From NCBI GenBank assembly GCA_973895155.1, contig OZ316891.1, positions 20,348,169 to 20,412,168 on the forward strand: 64,000 nucleotides of DNA. Direction: 5' to 3'. The stretch comes from Marsupella aquatica. Taxonomy: Eukaryota > Plantae > Marchantiophyta. The translations under genes and the position numbers were made by a program. The stretch's first letter is position 1. Each line of letters starts with the position of its first letter. Below are positions 13,997 through 26,509 of this stretch, piece after piece. Below the pieces are notes generated by a model, which saw only the letters and a list, made by a program, of their open reading frames with translations, had not been told where the DNA came from and did no database searches.

Positions 13997-16900
13997 ATGG
14001 CTGTGGAGCACAACATGGCCGAATTGAACACGACATGGTGGGACTTGTTGCGGAAGATTGTATGCACCCTTGACTGGTCTTACGCTGCGCTGTGGACACT
14101 GACTGCTGATGGCAGGTTCGTTCGTTCGTTCGTTACTTTTGTACTCATTTTTTTTCTTTTTTCGAGTACCGACGGTCTAAACAACGAATCAATGTGAATG
14201 TATCATCAGCCGGTTCATCGTTGATTCCACTGTGGTTAATTTGATTCGAAGGCCTGAAGGACTCAACTTGGATGACTTCGTTCCATGACGTTAGACTTGA
14301 CTTTAGTCCATAGTCATTGCTGAAGTCAAATTCATCGACACAAGCATTTCTCTCAAATCTCACTTTGTCAATCGTGGGTCGCGTCGGCTGCAGGAACTTG
14401 ATTTGGAAGCAAGGGTACTTTCACATGCGGAGCAACGACGATGCCAATGCTGTGCTCTTCCACTCCTTATACAGCTCTTGCACCTTCACTCCAGGAGTCG
14501 GGTATAGATCATCGCGCATCATCAATTCGTCCTTGCTTTGTAATTAATTCTGTGTTGAGATTTCGCGAAGTGAGATTCGAACGTTTTAATTGGGAAGTTA
14601 ATTTTATTCTAAAATTATTTGACCGGACTGTGAAATGACAGATTCGCAGGTCATGCTCTTGCGCATATGACCAACAGCATCCTTTGGTTGAGCGGAGATA
14701 ACCTGGATAGCTTGGAGCGCCCAGTGGAGAATCAGACCCGCTTTTTGAAGGCAGCTGGCATTCAGACCATAGTATGCCTTCCTCTCGGCCTTCCATCGAG
14801 CTCATATGTGCTGGAGTTAGGCACTGTCAGCAGGGTATATTTCTAAGAAATCCTTTCCCAAATTGAACTTCAATTCTGTTGAACTGATTTTCTCAGAGGT
14901 CAAAGATCCATTCGAAGGTGGAGATTACGATTCCGTAAATGACATTTCAAAAACTGAAAATAGCTGTCTGGTCCGCAAAAGTATTTGACTTGGGCACCTC
15001 GAGCCTGGGTCTTGAAATTCAGTATGCCGAGAATTTATCGAGTTGTCTAGTGCTTCTGACTATGATTTATCATGCTCTTTTCGAGTCTTGTCGTCGGAAT
15101 TGTAGCTAATTAATTTGTCGGCGTGAATGCGCAGGTGCGGGAGAGTGAGGACTTGGCACACGAAATCAAAAGGCACCTGCTCCACCTCCTGGCTGATGGA
15201 TTACCACATCTAATCCACGAAAATACGGCGACTGGTATCCCGCAACCAGACGCTCATCAGTCAGCATCAGACCTGTTTCGCCGACAAATGCGAGAGTCAT
15301 ATGATAATCCTCATCCTCTATCATCTGTTGCTATGGCCGACGAAATTCCATTGGAATCGGCGAGAAAGTACACCACAAACTTCTCTCCCTCGAGCTTTGA
15401 AGGAGGTGTACATCCCAAAGCGCAGCAGCGGCAGATGGGACCGAACATTTTTTCAGAATTGTTGCAGTCCGTAGAGCACGAGGACATTTTTGCCAGACAG
15501 GTAGCTCAAGGTAGATTAACCGCGGTACCACTGCAGCTTTCGGTGGAGATTCCTGAATTGCCTCGATCAGCAGAGCCAAGTCCCGGGGACAGATTAACAT
15601 CATCGTGGGCCACGGAGTCCTCAATGTCACAGATGGAAATGAACGCATTCCAGAGCTGGACATCAATGGCTGAAGCCACCTCAACCCTCGACATCGCATT
15701 CCGCGGTTTACCTGGAAGCTCTTCAGCTACATCCTCACGTCTAGCGGAAGAGATTATGGCCCCGAGTGATGACATCGGGCAACTACTTCCTTTCTCTAGC
15801 ACGCTAGAGCAACTTATGGCTGCCGCATCCGCTGATCAGCAGCAGCAACAGGGTTTCCTAGGTGCAGTAGCTGGAGCATCTCTAAGAGGATCTTCTTCTA
15901 TGAGCTCGATGAGCCTCAGGTCCCAGAACTTGGAAGAGACCGAAATTTCCTCGGCAATTCTCGAGAGCTACGCCGACTGTCATATTTCGGAAATGGATAA
16001 TATTCCCCGTAGTGAAGGTGGTGGTGGTACCGGTGGCGGTAGCAGCAGCACTACAATGCCTGGAGAATCCGAGAGCAATTGGAGAGGTGGAGGTCTGCGG
16101 GGCTCCGGTCCCTCATCGAAAGAAACTTCCCCTGACAGCAATGTTCCTTATTCCCGACAAAGCTTTGGCATCCACGCAAGGATCTCGTCCACCAGTTCTC
16201 AAAAAGAACAGCAGCAGCCTGTCGTCGACTTACTGCAACATGGCGGGGGCACACCTGGAGGCCATCCCCAGCCACTGAGAACTATGCGATTGGAGAGGCA
16301 GCATTCAAGCCTTCCGGAGCAGAATCCACAGGAGGACCTGAAGCCAGGGCCGTCGACGGGTGCTGATGCAACTCCCAGACTGGTGCAATTCGGGAATGTC
16401 CTGCAGTTGGGCAACGCTGCGGGTCAGGTAGCAGAACCTCTTCCGCAGGAGCATGACGAGGCTGCAGTGTCACATATGCTTGCGGAGCGAAGACGAAGAA
16501 ACAAGCAGAACGAAAACTTTAGTCAGCTGAAATTCCTCATTCCAAGTGCAGGCAAGGTATAGAACAGCTCTGAATTCTTAATTTCATTCCCTCCTATCGT
16601 TATCCCCCGTTTGGTTGCTTGTTCAACATGAATCGAGAAGCTGAAGAGTAACATTTATTCAATCCTGGTTGCGTCCGATTCCTCAGCGCAAGACTCAAAG
16701 TCTTCTCTCGGCTAAGAAATTGTTCTTGTTTAGTTTGATTCTGCGATTGGAAATGGAATACCGTCAATTTTGAAACCGGAATTTTTTGTCAATGTCGACG
16801 GATAACTCCGTAGTGGTTGCCTCCAAAAAGTGAAGTTCTCAAAGAAAGGTCAATAGAGCTTTCTGAAACTATAGAGGTTCAAAAGTAGACTCTGTCATGG

Positions 16901-18028
16901 TGAACTTGAGATATATGTTTCCTCCAGGAAAACTGTTCCATACAATTACAAGAAGATTTTTTTATTTTATAGCCTGATTAGGAGAAAGTAATAACAAAGA
17001 ACCAGAATTTAGTCTTAACAATGATTGACGATGCTCATTCATCGACAATTAGACTTTTGTAGTCCTTCTACCAATATGATGATAATTGAACTAAGATATT
17101 TACGAGCAGCCTCTTACAGCTGAATCTAGATCCCACCTAGAGTCTAGAGTCCAAGACAAGCACTAGTTGGCTGTAGAGATCGGAGCATGGCTACAAACTA
17201 ACCTTCTCGTGGTCGTACATGCAGATGGACAAGGCTTCGCTTCTGGCAGCCACCATAACTTACATCCACGAATTGAAGATGCGGGTGAAGGATCTGGAAC
17301 AGAGTAATCACAGCTTGAAGAACCAGCTATTAGGTGCAGAACACGATCAATCATCCACTGTCGATCCTCGTATGAGCACCAAGGCGAAGGGTAGCCCAAG
17401 TAGACTTCGCGTTCGAACTCCCAACTCACTTTCTCCAACAGAGGAGGACAAGATTCAGGTTTCGCCCGACGGAGATGGCAATCTTACGATCGAAATAAGG
17501 AGCCCCTGTACCCCGCCGGACACTGCCATGCATATCTTTGCATGTCTTAAAGAGATGCAATTGAACGTTATTAATTTCAATGTGGCTGTAAATGACAGCC
17601 GGATCCATGCCAGCATAATAGTCAAGGTAAGCTCCAGGTCTTTTGACAAGCTTCACTCCGTCGTCCACATTTTTACGTTATGAATTTGCTACTTATTCTG
17701 TACATGAATTACAGAAACTCAATTTGCTATTCCAAATGCACCAACTCCAAATGATTTGAATGGATTGGAGCTCAATGGGATTGTTTGCTCAGCTCATGTT
17801 AGGGACATTGACATTCATGGGTCTCGTTAATACAAATCTGGGCATACATATTTCCAATGTATATCATCATGTTGAATTACGAACATCGCGTGTTCCAGGT
17901 ATAGTGAATGAAATCTAACACATTCCTCCTACAATGTGCAGGTTAAACGGAAAAACGCAGCTGGTCAATCAGCGGTCTGTGCTGAAGTGGAGCAGGCGCT
18001 TGCAGCATGCCTAAACAATTTAGGCTAA
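13997..18028 (+). CDS. bHLH transcription factor A, subgroup III-like: bHLH-MYC_N + bHLH + C-terminal ACT-like domain; 6 exons
   Basis: Exons 13997-14115, 14394-14501, 14642-14834, 15135-16556, 17225-17626, 17942-18028, all GT-AG and phase-consistent. MYC_N motifs: LDWSYAALW, LIWKQGYF, FTPGVGFAG, AAGIQTIVCLP...VLELGT. bHLH: HMLAERRRRNKQNENFSQLKFLIPSAGK/MDKASLLAATITYIHELKMRV. ACT-like: IEIRSPCTPPDTAMHIFACLKEMQLNVINFNV. An alternative in-frame ATG lies at 14015. Confidence 0.9.
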
Positions 18029-21000
18029 CCTCTGGCTGCTTGGCGGACTGTCATTGATGAACAGCCTTTAGAGATCGTTCTGATACGATCCTCCTTCTGA
18101 GTCAGTCATCATGCTGTACAGATCCAACGACAGATTTTTGACGAGCTTCAATTCATTCGTCCACTGTAGCAAGCCAGGAATGTAAAGTGTAGAACCTTGT
18201 AATTCATCGACAGACAAATCTGTTGTAAGATATCTAGCAAGGATCTGTGTGGGGTAACGGGATGGGCCCTGTCTTGTCTTGAAACCTCACACCAGAGTAC
18301 AATGTGTAGTTTTAGAAAGAAGTTCACCATTAACTAGATGATGCAGCAGATATTTAGATTAGATACAGAGAGACACAGATAGGATCCACACGCCATGAGG
18401 CCCACATGACGTGACTTGAGCCTCGGAGATTTTTGCCGAATTTTCCGAGAGGCGCCAACACATTCATTGATAGAAACATTCATTGCTCTCAGCTGATCAG
18501 ATCCCAGTCTTCTTAGCCAATATCGTTGACTGATCAAGCTTTGAAAGAGCCCATATTCCCTAAGCCTGCCAAAGTAGTCAGGCCCATTCGACCTATTCAG
18601 CAAATTTCAATCAATTCATTCCTCATTGTAACACATCTTTCCGTTTGATGTTCTTAATACTATTTTAAATTTGGCACGACATTTCGCAGACTTTCAGATG
18701 TCGAATCTCGTTCTGGGATTCTCGTCCTCCATTTGAAAGACAATCCATAGAGAATGGACAGTCGAGTACCATGGTCCTGGAAACTAATGATAGAAGTTAC
18801 GAGTTCAAGGGGATGACCAGACTGTATGAATGTTGCAAATTGTTTTTTGGAGTCATTTCTCCACCGATATTATTCACTTTCAAACTACGATGATTCTGTA
18901 GCTGTCGACACATAGGATGTATGGTTTTAACAGGAGAATGTATGGCAAGTAACCTCTGCATTGTGCTCATGTTGTATTGCTCAAGTTAGATCAAGGAGAT
19001 ATAACTTGCGATTGTGTAAAGAGGTTAAAAAACGGTTTTTGACATACCAACGTACCAACGCACAGTTGCTTTGCATATGTATCACTCTTCAAAAAGAAGA
19101 AAAACTACAAAGACTCAGGAGTGGAAGTTGAAGCCAGGTTGGACCAAGCCAATGAACCATTCAACCCCCACATACTGTGACCCTTTACACCTTCACCCAA
19201 TAACAATCTTCTCAATTCCAAGCACGATTCATGAGCGAAATTTGACCTTCAATATCTCCCTTGATATAGAAAGTAATCAGCTCATTACAAACAGCTTGGA
19301 AAGATTTTCCATATGAACCTAACATCTTCCAATTTCATTGAGAATTGAGGGACCTACTAATTTCCAAAAGTGACTACCTAGTTTTCTTGTATTCTTGTAG
19401 TGTATCAAGTATATAAGTAGTAAAGAGAGTTTTGCTGGGGTCCAGCCAAGTTGCAAAACAGTATCTAAGTCCAGGCAAACGTGGATAAGGTTCATCAGGG
19501 CTTCAATTTCCTGCGAAGTGAGTAGACAAAATGTGAGACCTTTGTCGTTTCTGGTCGCGTCCAGGATTCCATCTGACGGGACCTGAATGAGCCTCTTTTA
19601 CGCACGTTTTAGGTGTCGTTTCTGCCCATATTCCCGCGTGCCCAATTTACAAGCTCCTCTCTTTTCACACGTGCTCAATTAGGTGGCCCTCGCTGACCCG
19701 AACCCAGAATCTACGCTCTTAATAATGCAGCGTCTCATTTCCTTCAGGTGTCGCGTAATAGTGTAGTTACTCCTTACTTGAGGCGAATAAGTCAGAAACA
19801 CACGTTGTGGTCAGCGTATTTTATTTTTTAATATTTTTTTAATTTTTAGCCTGTGTGACGAATGTCAGCTACTCTAAAAGAAGAGATGCTAGAAATATTA
19901 CTTTGTCAAATTTTCATGGATTAATACTGACCCTCAGATATCCTTAGATTGACAGATCCAGTGAATTCTGACAATTGGGGTCTATGATTAGGTGAAAAAG
20001 TGGCAAATAACGTTAAAAAAAATCTCAACTAAGGTTAGCCAATAGTGGCAAACACTTTAAGGAGAAATGAAATTTGGCAAAAATTTGCACCTAAAAAACA
20101 AGCTGGTTGTGGGCGTTGACTTGAATTGGATATCCTTAGTGAAGTCAAAATTGCCTACAAGGGAATAAAATCTGCTCTCTTAAATGCCAATTCTATAAGT
20201 GAAAAACCTGGCAAACTGCAAGGTGTTCTGTTATTCCCTTGCTTCTTGCAGAGAGTTTGCAGTTTTTGCACCTTTTGTAAGTGCAAAGAAGCTTCAAACT
20301 TCAAACATTTTCCCTAAATGGAAACTCCATATATACAAACTCTTGATAAGTGTTTACACTTATCAAAAGCACACGATCCATCAAATAGGATTTACTGATA
20401 AGTGTATGCCCTTCTAGCAAAGTTAAAAATTGCACTTGTAGAGTAGTACATCCAATTGAAGGCAGGAGATGTATAATTTGGATCGCAAGTCACCAGGCTG
20501 CTCACTCAGGAGAGTGCATTCTTATTGATAAATGCAGAATTTTGCAGCTTTGCACTTATCACATACTGTACACTAGATGCTTCTTCCTGGGAGTGTGCAC
20601 TAGATGCTTCTTCTTGGGAGTGTGCAGTGAGAGAGAGTTGACTGTGTAGTTAAATACTAACCATTCGAAGGGTTCCTGGGAGTCAGGGTGCAGTGCGAGG
20701 GAGTTGACTGAACAGTTAAATACTAACCATTCAAAGTGAGGAAAACTTATAATTAAATGTTTACCTTTCAAGAGGAAATTAAAAAAACACGTATGTTGCG
20801 AACGGGAAAACTGCAAACATTTCGGGACAGGAAAGAGCCAAAAGAACACACGTTCTGCTGTCAGATGGGATGTACAGTATTAATTAGGTTTGCACAAAAA
20901 ACAATTAATTAAAACACTTTTGGAGCCCAGTGCACTAAAGTGACTCTCCAAAAATGGTGGACCAGAAAACTATGGGGGCTGGTCCGGACAATTGGGTGGG

Positions 21001-22557
21001 GAGTAAAATTAAATTTCAGACACACAGGAGCCTGGAATTTTTAATGAGTGAAAAATGCCCAGGAAATCATTTTTTGTTTGAGATATACCATGAACAGCAG
21101 GCGTTAGGTACATACTGGAAAAAGTAAACTCAGCAAACTGGTTGCCTGGAAACTTGAAATGGCCACCTGCAAAAGTATGCAAGCAAATTAAAATATTTAT
21201 TTGTAATCAAAGATGACAAACCTATAAGATGAGGGTCTCTTCTGTTTTCTTGGGTTTTCCTTTGTTATTTTCCCTTTATTGGGTCTATTGCCTTAGGTGT
21301 TCTGTGTCTCCATTATTTGGGTGCCTTTTGTTGTTTTGGCAGTGTTATATAACACACTAATATCAGCATCAGGAAATTTCTTCTTTGTTGGCAGTAAAAC
21401 AGTGTAAGGTAGAATGGCTAGAAATTGAATGTGTTGTGTTATCAGTATGGTAGTAAGATAATGAATTGGAAAAAAAATTAAATTTTAAAATAATAATAAT
21501 GAATTGGATTCGTTCTGCTAAATGCATATAACAAAGCTACAGCAAGCTGTGTGTTGTGTCAAGTGGCATGTGCCCACATTGTGTAAAGTGGCATGTGCCC
21601 ATATTGTGTAAAGGGATTGTCCATACCACAAATAAATCCAATTGTTTTTCTTTATATAATTCAGTCCAACCCAATTGGGTTTTGCCTACTGGGGACATTA
21701 ATTACCCAGTCTGACAATGTTCTATATATAATTGCTTCATTGTGTATATCTTTAGGGGCCAACTGAAAAGTAGCCCAAAAGTAGCCCCAGCCGTGATGGG
21801 GTAATTTACTAAACAGCAAGTTTCAACTGCAGTAGATTGGAATCTTGAAACCCAATAAGGAGTCAACTATTGTATAATCTCTCTCTTATCGACCCACTAA
21901 AAAAAACCCTTCCTGAAATAAAGAGAGTCGTCTACTGTAGTGAGTGGGTTGGACCCTCCCTCTTGAGATTGTCTTAAACCACAATTGCACTTCAAAAGCT
22001 ATGGGTTACCAGTAGTTACCATTAAAAGTAATTTTTTTTTGAAATTGTGGAATAAACTGGCATGCTAGAGGAGAAAAGTGATTGAAATGTGGGAAAAGGG
22101 GGAGATCTTGGACACTTCCCCTTATATAAGGAAAATTGTGTTTGGTCAACACCCAATTATAGTAAAAACCCAGTTGGGTGGAAATGCTCGAATAAGAGCA
22201 TCTCATAGTTGCTCTACTGTAACACTCTCTTGACCAAATCCATTAAAGTTGAATAAAAAGGCAATGACTCTATTCCACTTCTAGCACATTGACTGAGCAT
22301 AGGATTCATTCTGGGCGCTCCAAGGTCTAATTATTAGTATCCAACGGTGCTTATGTCAGGAGGTACTGAAAAAACCCAATAACCATTGGCTTGCTTCTTG
22401 ACATATCTCCTTGCTATGTACAGTACACTAAAACAAGATAACTCTGTATGCTATATTTATACAGACTAAAAAAAGGCATCTCTTAATGCTATATTGAATG
22501 TATAAAGTAAGTAAACAGCTTACACCGTGGAAGATGCTCTAACCCTAGACCAGACCA

Positions 22558-22765
22558 CCATTATCCTCCAGTTAATTGACTTTGAGAAAAAGAGCAATAT
22601 TCTAGAAAGCCATTATCCTATAATTTAATTGGCTTTGAGAAAATAGAGCAATATTCTAGAAAGCCATTATCCTATAATTTAATTGGCTTTGAGAAAATAG
22701 AGCAATATTCTAGAAAGCCATTATCCTATAGTTTAACTGGCTTTGAGAAAATAGCAATATTCTAG
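22558..22765. repeat. Minisatellite, about 4 copies of a 54-bp unit
   Basis: CCATTATCCTATAATTTAATTGGCTTTGAGAAAATAGAGCAATATTCTAGAAAG at about 22558, 22610, 22664 and 22718. Confidence 0.9.
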
Positions 22766-23203
22766 TAACAGCATCAGTGTTTCTTCGGGAGAGAACAGCA
22801 TCAGAGAAACAGACGAACTGGTCCACTGTTTTCTCGCCATGGACTCGAAGACTCGCTCTTGACTACAGGAGGAGAAATCCTGCAGTACGCGGATAAAGAG
22901 TTGAGATGAGAATTGAGAAGCAGCAGTGCTGAATGCTGATGATCCTCTGCGACACACGAAAAGAATGGATATGGCGTGCGGAAATTCCAGACCGTGTGCT
23001 GGCTGACGGCCCATGAAGAGGACTGACATTCTTTACAGACCTCTCCAGTCTCCGAAGTCTGCGCTGATGCAGGAATCTCACTAGTCACATTTGTCGCTAC
23101 GTAAGTTTCAGGGTGATCTGTAGAGTACTAGAGTGAGTTGAGAACAGTAGGAACGAGGCCTATTCATCAGCCGCGGCATTGTTTAATCGCTGGAAAGCTT
23201 CAA

Positions 23204-23209
23204 CACGTG
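23204..23209. promoter_or_regulatory. G-box (CACGTG) about 490 bp upstream of the bHLH-B start codon
   Basis: Exact CACGTG, with a CACGTT variant near 23293. Function is unproven. Confidence 0.3.
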
Positions 23210-23693
23210 CTGTTCCGGCTCAGGAGAACCAAAGATCTGCAGAACGTGTGTTTTTCCGCTTTCGTTTTCTATTGGAGAAAAACAAAACGACACACGTTGA
23301 GCAGTTCTTTTGACGACGATGAGTGGAGCTCTGAATGTCGCTGGAACTTTTCGGGACAATTCGGGAGGCCCACCACTGCAACACGCACGCGGACCTCCCC
23401 GAAGAGCTACAAGTATCCGTCCTCGGCTTTGATCCAGGCAAAGTTTCTCTCTTCTCGCCTCCAGAACCCATCTTGATGTCGCCCTGTTTCTCTCTGTGTG
23501 TGTCTCTTGACTGTTGTCTCTCTCACTCTGTTCCGCAAAATTGGAAACCAAACTCGAATCGAGGACATTTGGCTGGGACTTGAGCTTGAACGCCTTTGAC
23601 GGTTTTGAGGACAGGGAAAACATTCAGCTGCTGCTCAGGGTTTCTGTTGATTTAAGGAGAGCAAGCACCGGGTCATTATTCGTCATCATCATC

Positions 23694-25913
23694 ATGAACA
23701 CTCAGAGGATGCACTTGAGGGAGCTCGTGCGAGCATTGGGATGGTCCTATGGGACGCTTTGGTCGATGCCCAACTTCACCACGTGAGTGCCTCGCAATCT
23801 CAACGCACTCTCTCTCTGTCTTGTATGTTCTCGCGCACGATCGCTCTTGATGAGGTGTCGTGAATTGTTCGTCGCCTCTTGTAGATTTAAGGGTTGAAAG
23901 CGATTCGAGGTGAAGATGTCCTAGGATTGCCTTAGCTAGCTGCAAAGCTTCCTCACTGCGACTGCGCTTCCAATTTTGCAAAACTCCCAACAAAGAAATT
24001 AGAAGCTGAAATGAAAAAACATGGATTAAAACGACGGAAAGACTGAAAGTCGACCACCAACTGTCCTTTACATTGCATCGTGGCATTTAGTAAGGTAGAA
24101 TCATCCCAGAGGCATAATTGCATTGTGAATACCATCACCATAAGCTCTCCCTCTTCCGCTCAAAATTCGTCAAATGTTGCATCCATTTGCGAAATTGCGA
24201 GTTGCTTTCCGAACGAAGTTTTATCCTCATAACGTGCTCTGATCCACCTCCCGAATTGATTGTGAGTGACTCTCGTAAGGATTGCAGAATTATTCGAGAT
24301 GAGGGCCTCGGTTGACTGATGATAAATTGGTTGTGTTCTTTTTGTGACAAACAGCGAGCTTATCTTTGCCGATGGGTCTTTCGAGGCGAACCCTTTAAAG
24401 AGATACGAGTCGGAGTACTTTGAAGTGGAAAAACTGTTCACTTCCTCGTACATGTCATGCGCTTTCCCTCTGGGCTCTGGATATATTGGGAAAGTCTTGA
24501 AGGAAGGACAGGCACTCTGGCTAAATGAGACTGGCGTCCTCATGGACCACAGCAACACTTCCAGCCAGGCACACTTCTTCAAGGTGGCAGGCATTCAGAC
24601 GATGCTGTGCATTCCCTGGTTAAACTCCGTGATTGAGTTGGGATCGTCGAGCTTGCTGCCAGAGAATCCAAACCTACTTAGTCAGATCCAATCGTTTCTC
24701 TCACACATGGCAACGTCGACCTCGAAGCAACAAAAGACGAATGCGTATTTTCCAATTGAAAGCTCGTTCGTCTCTCAGGATCTCTCTGACGGGTCCGACG
24801 ATGCCAGCTTCAATGGGGGGCTCAATCGTGACCAGCAGGTGGAGTCTGGCTCGTCACTAGCAGAGATTTCTGGATCCACCCAACATCGTACAGCCACAGC
24901 AGAGCATCATTACAGTGACGGAGAAGTGGTGGCGGGGTCTGGTGATGAGAGCGACTGGAGACTAGAATTCACATCCAACGAATTGCTGCATCCGAAGAGC
25001 TTGGCATCTTCACAATCTCCTTCAAGCACTTTTCGGAGGCAGAGATTTCAGGAAGTAAACGAAGAAGAAGTCGAAGGAGTGGATTTTGATTCATCGTTTC
25101 TGACGTGCCCTCGTCAACAAATGCCACTGCTCAGTCAGCTCGACTACAGCCACAGTATGTCAACATCACTTTCATCGTCCAGAGGTGATGAGGCCAACAA
25201 TCTTGTTAGTGCATCGAATGGGAACTCGGAACAGCAATCGGACTATAATCAGGATACCCCACAAAATCGGAATTGTGATGCTTCGAGGACATTGACAACA
25301 GGATCTGGGTTTACGCCATGGAACGCCACAGATAGGAACACTTCTATGAGCGGAGTCCAGAGGAGTGGCAGCCATTCCAACCAGGTGATGTTGCGGCGAT
25401 GCATTAAAATGGCCGAAAACATTCCGCAGATGAACGCCTCGAGAGAAAGACATGGAGAGCAAACAGATATTGCTGCCGTCAGACATTATGTCGCTTCAGC
25501 TGCGGACGAGGTCCTGTCAGGCCACGATGAAGCCTCGAAAGCCCACATGCTGGCAGAGAGGAGGAGGAGACAGAAGCAAAAGGAGAACTTCTCTGCGTTG
25601 CGAGCTTTGATTCCATTTGTGACTAAGGTGAGAATTCCGGAGCAACATCCGCTTCAGTTTTTAGTCCTTTGAATCTTGAAAATTCCAAATTATCCTGCGA
25701 AGGTTTCAACTATTCATTGAATTGTCAACTGATATTTTCAGGATTTTCACTGTGCAGCTGGACAGAGCATCAATTCTGGGTGATGCCATAAGCTACGTGA
25801 AGCAACTTACAGCGCGAGTGGAAGAGCTGGAATTTCTGAATCGTGAGCTCGAGGCTCAACTCCCTGGGCTTCAACGCAAACGCAGCCGATCATCAACGAT
25901 CACGCCATCGTAG
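23694..25913 (+). CDS. bHLH transcription factor B, subgroup IIIf-like (TT8/GL3/R-related): bHLH-MYC_N + bHLH, no ACT-like tail; 3 exons
   Basis: Exons 23694-23782, 24355-25627, 25758-25913. MYC_N motifs: LVRALGWSYGTLW, LIFADGSF, FPLGSGYIGKV, AGIQTMLCIPWLNSVIELGS. IIIf-like motifs: SGFTPW and QVMLRRCI. bHLH: HMLAERRRRQKQKENFSALRALIPFVTK/LDRASILGDAISYVKQLTARVEELE. Confidence 0.9.
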
Positions 25914-26509
25914 ATATTTGACCGTACAACCTGCATGATATCCACATCCAACTGCTATAAGAACCCATTCGAAATGCCAAATTCTGCGCAGAACTTCTGG
26001 ACATTGCAGGGCAGATCGATAGCCTTAGTACGTATTCTTTTACTATGGTTGGCTTCACATTAAATCGAAGCCATACAACTTTAGTTTGCAAGACTCTCGT
26101 CAGCCCAGCCTGTAAAATAGTCATTTTGGGCACCATTTTACCATAGAACGTCCTCTACGCCCACTACTCGACGAGAGCATTTGGGCCCTTCGCTTCAAAG
26201 GAATTGAGATCAATGGAAAATCTCGTTAGGAGCACTATAGCCTTCGAAGGTGGGCTTTGTACAGAGTGTACAGTCAGCTGTTTTACTATGATTTCCATTC
26301 AATACAAAATTCAACGCCAATCATCTGTGAGCAAAACAATGATTAGACCATTCTGTAAAAGTGCTGTCAATGTTTGACATTTCGTAGGAGACACAATCGT
26401 ATCCAGCATTTACAAGGTGCCGCCGTCGTATTCCAGATGCAACTGTTTCCTTTGTAAGGAAATAGTACGTAAATTCGACTTGACCCATCAATGTGCCTAC
26501 TTTCGTTGG

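Noticed and set aside
15331-16473. Antisense and alternative-frame ORFs within bHLH-A exon 4
   Set aside because: Shadow ORFs of a GC-rich coding exon.
25914-26140. Possible decayed ACT-like domain after the bHLH-B stop
   Set aside because: Only vague hydrophobic similarity in another frame, with stops and no convincing splice path.
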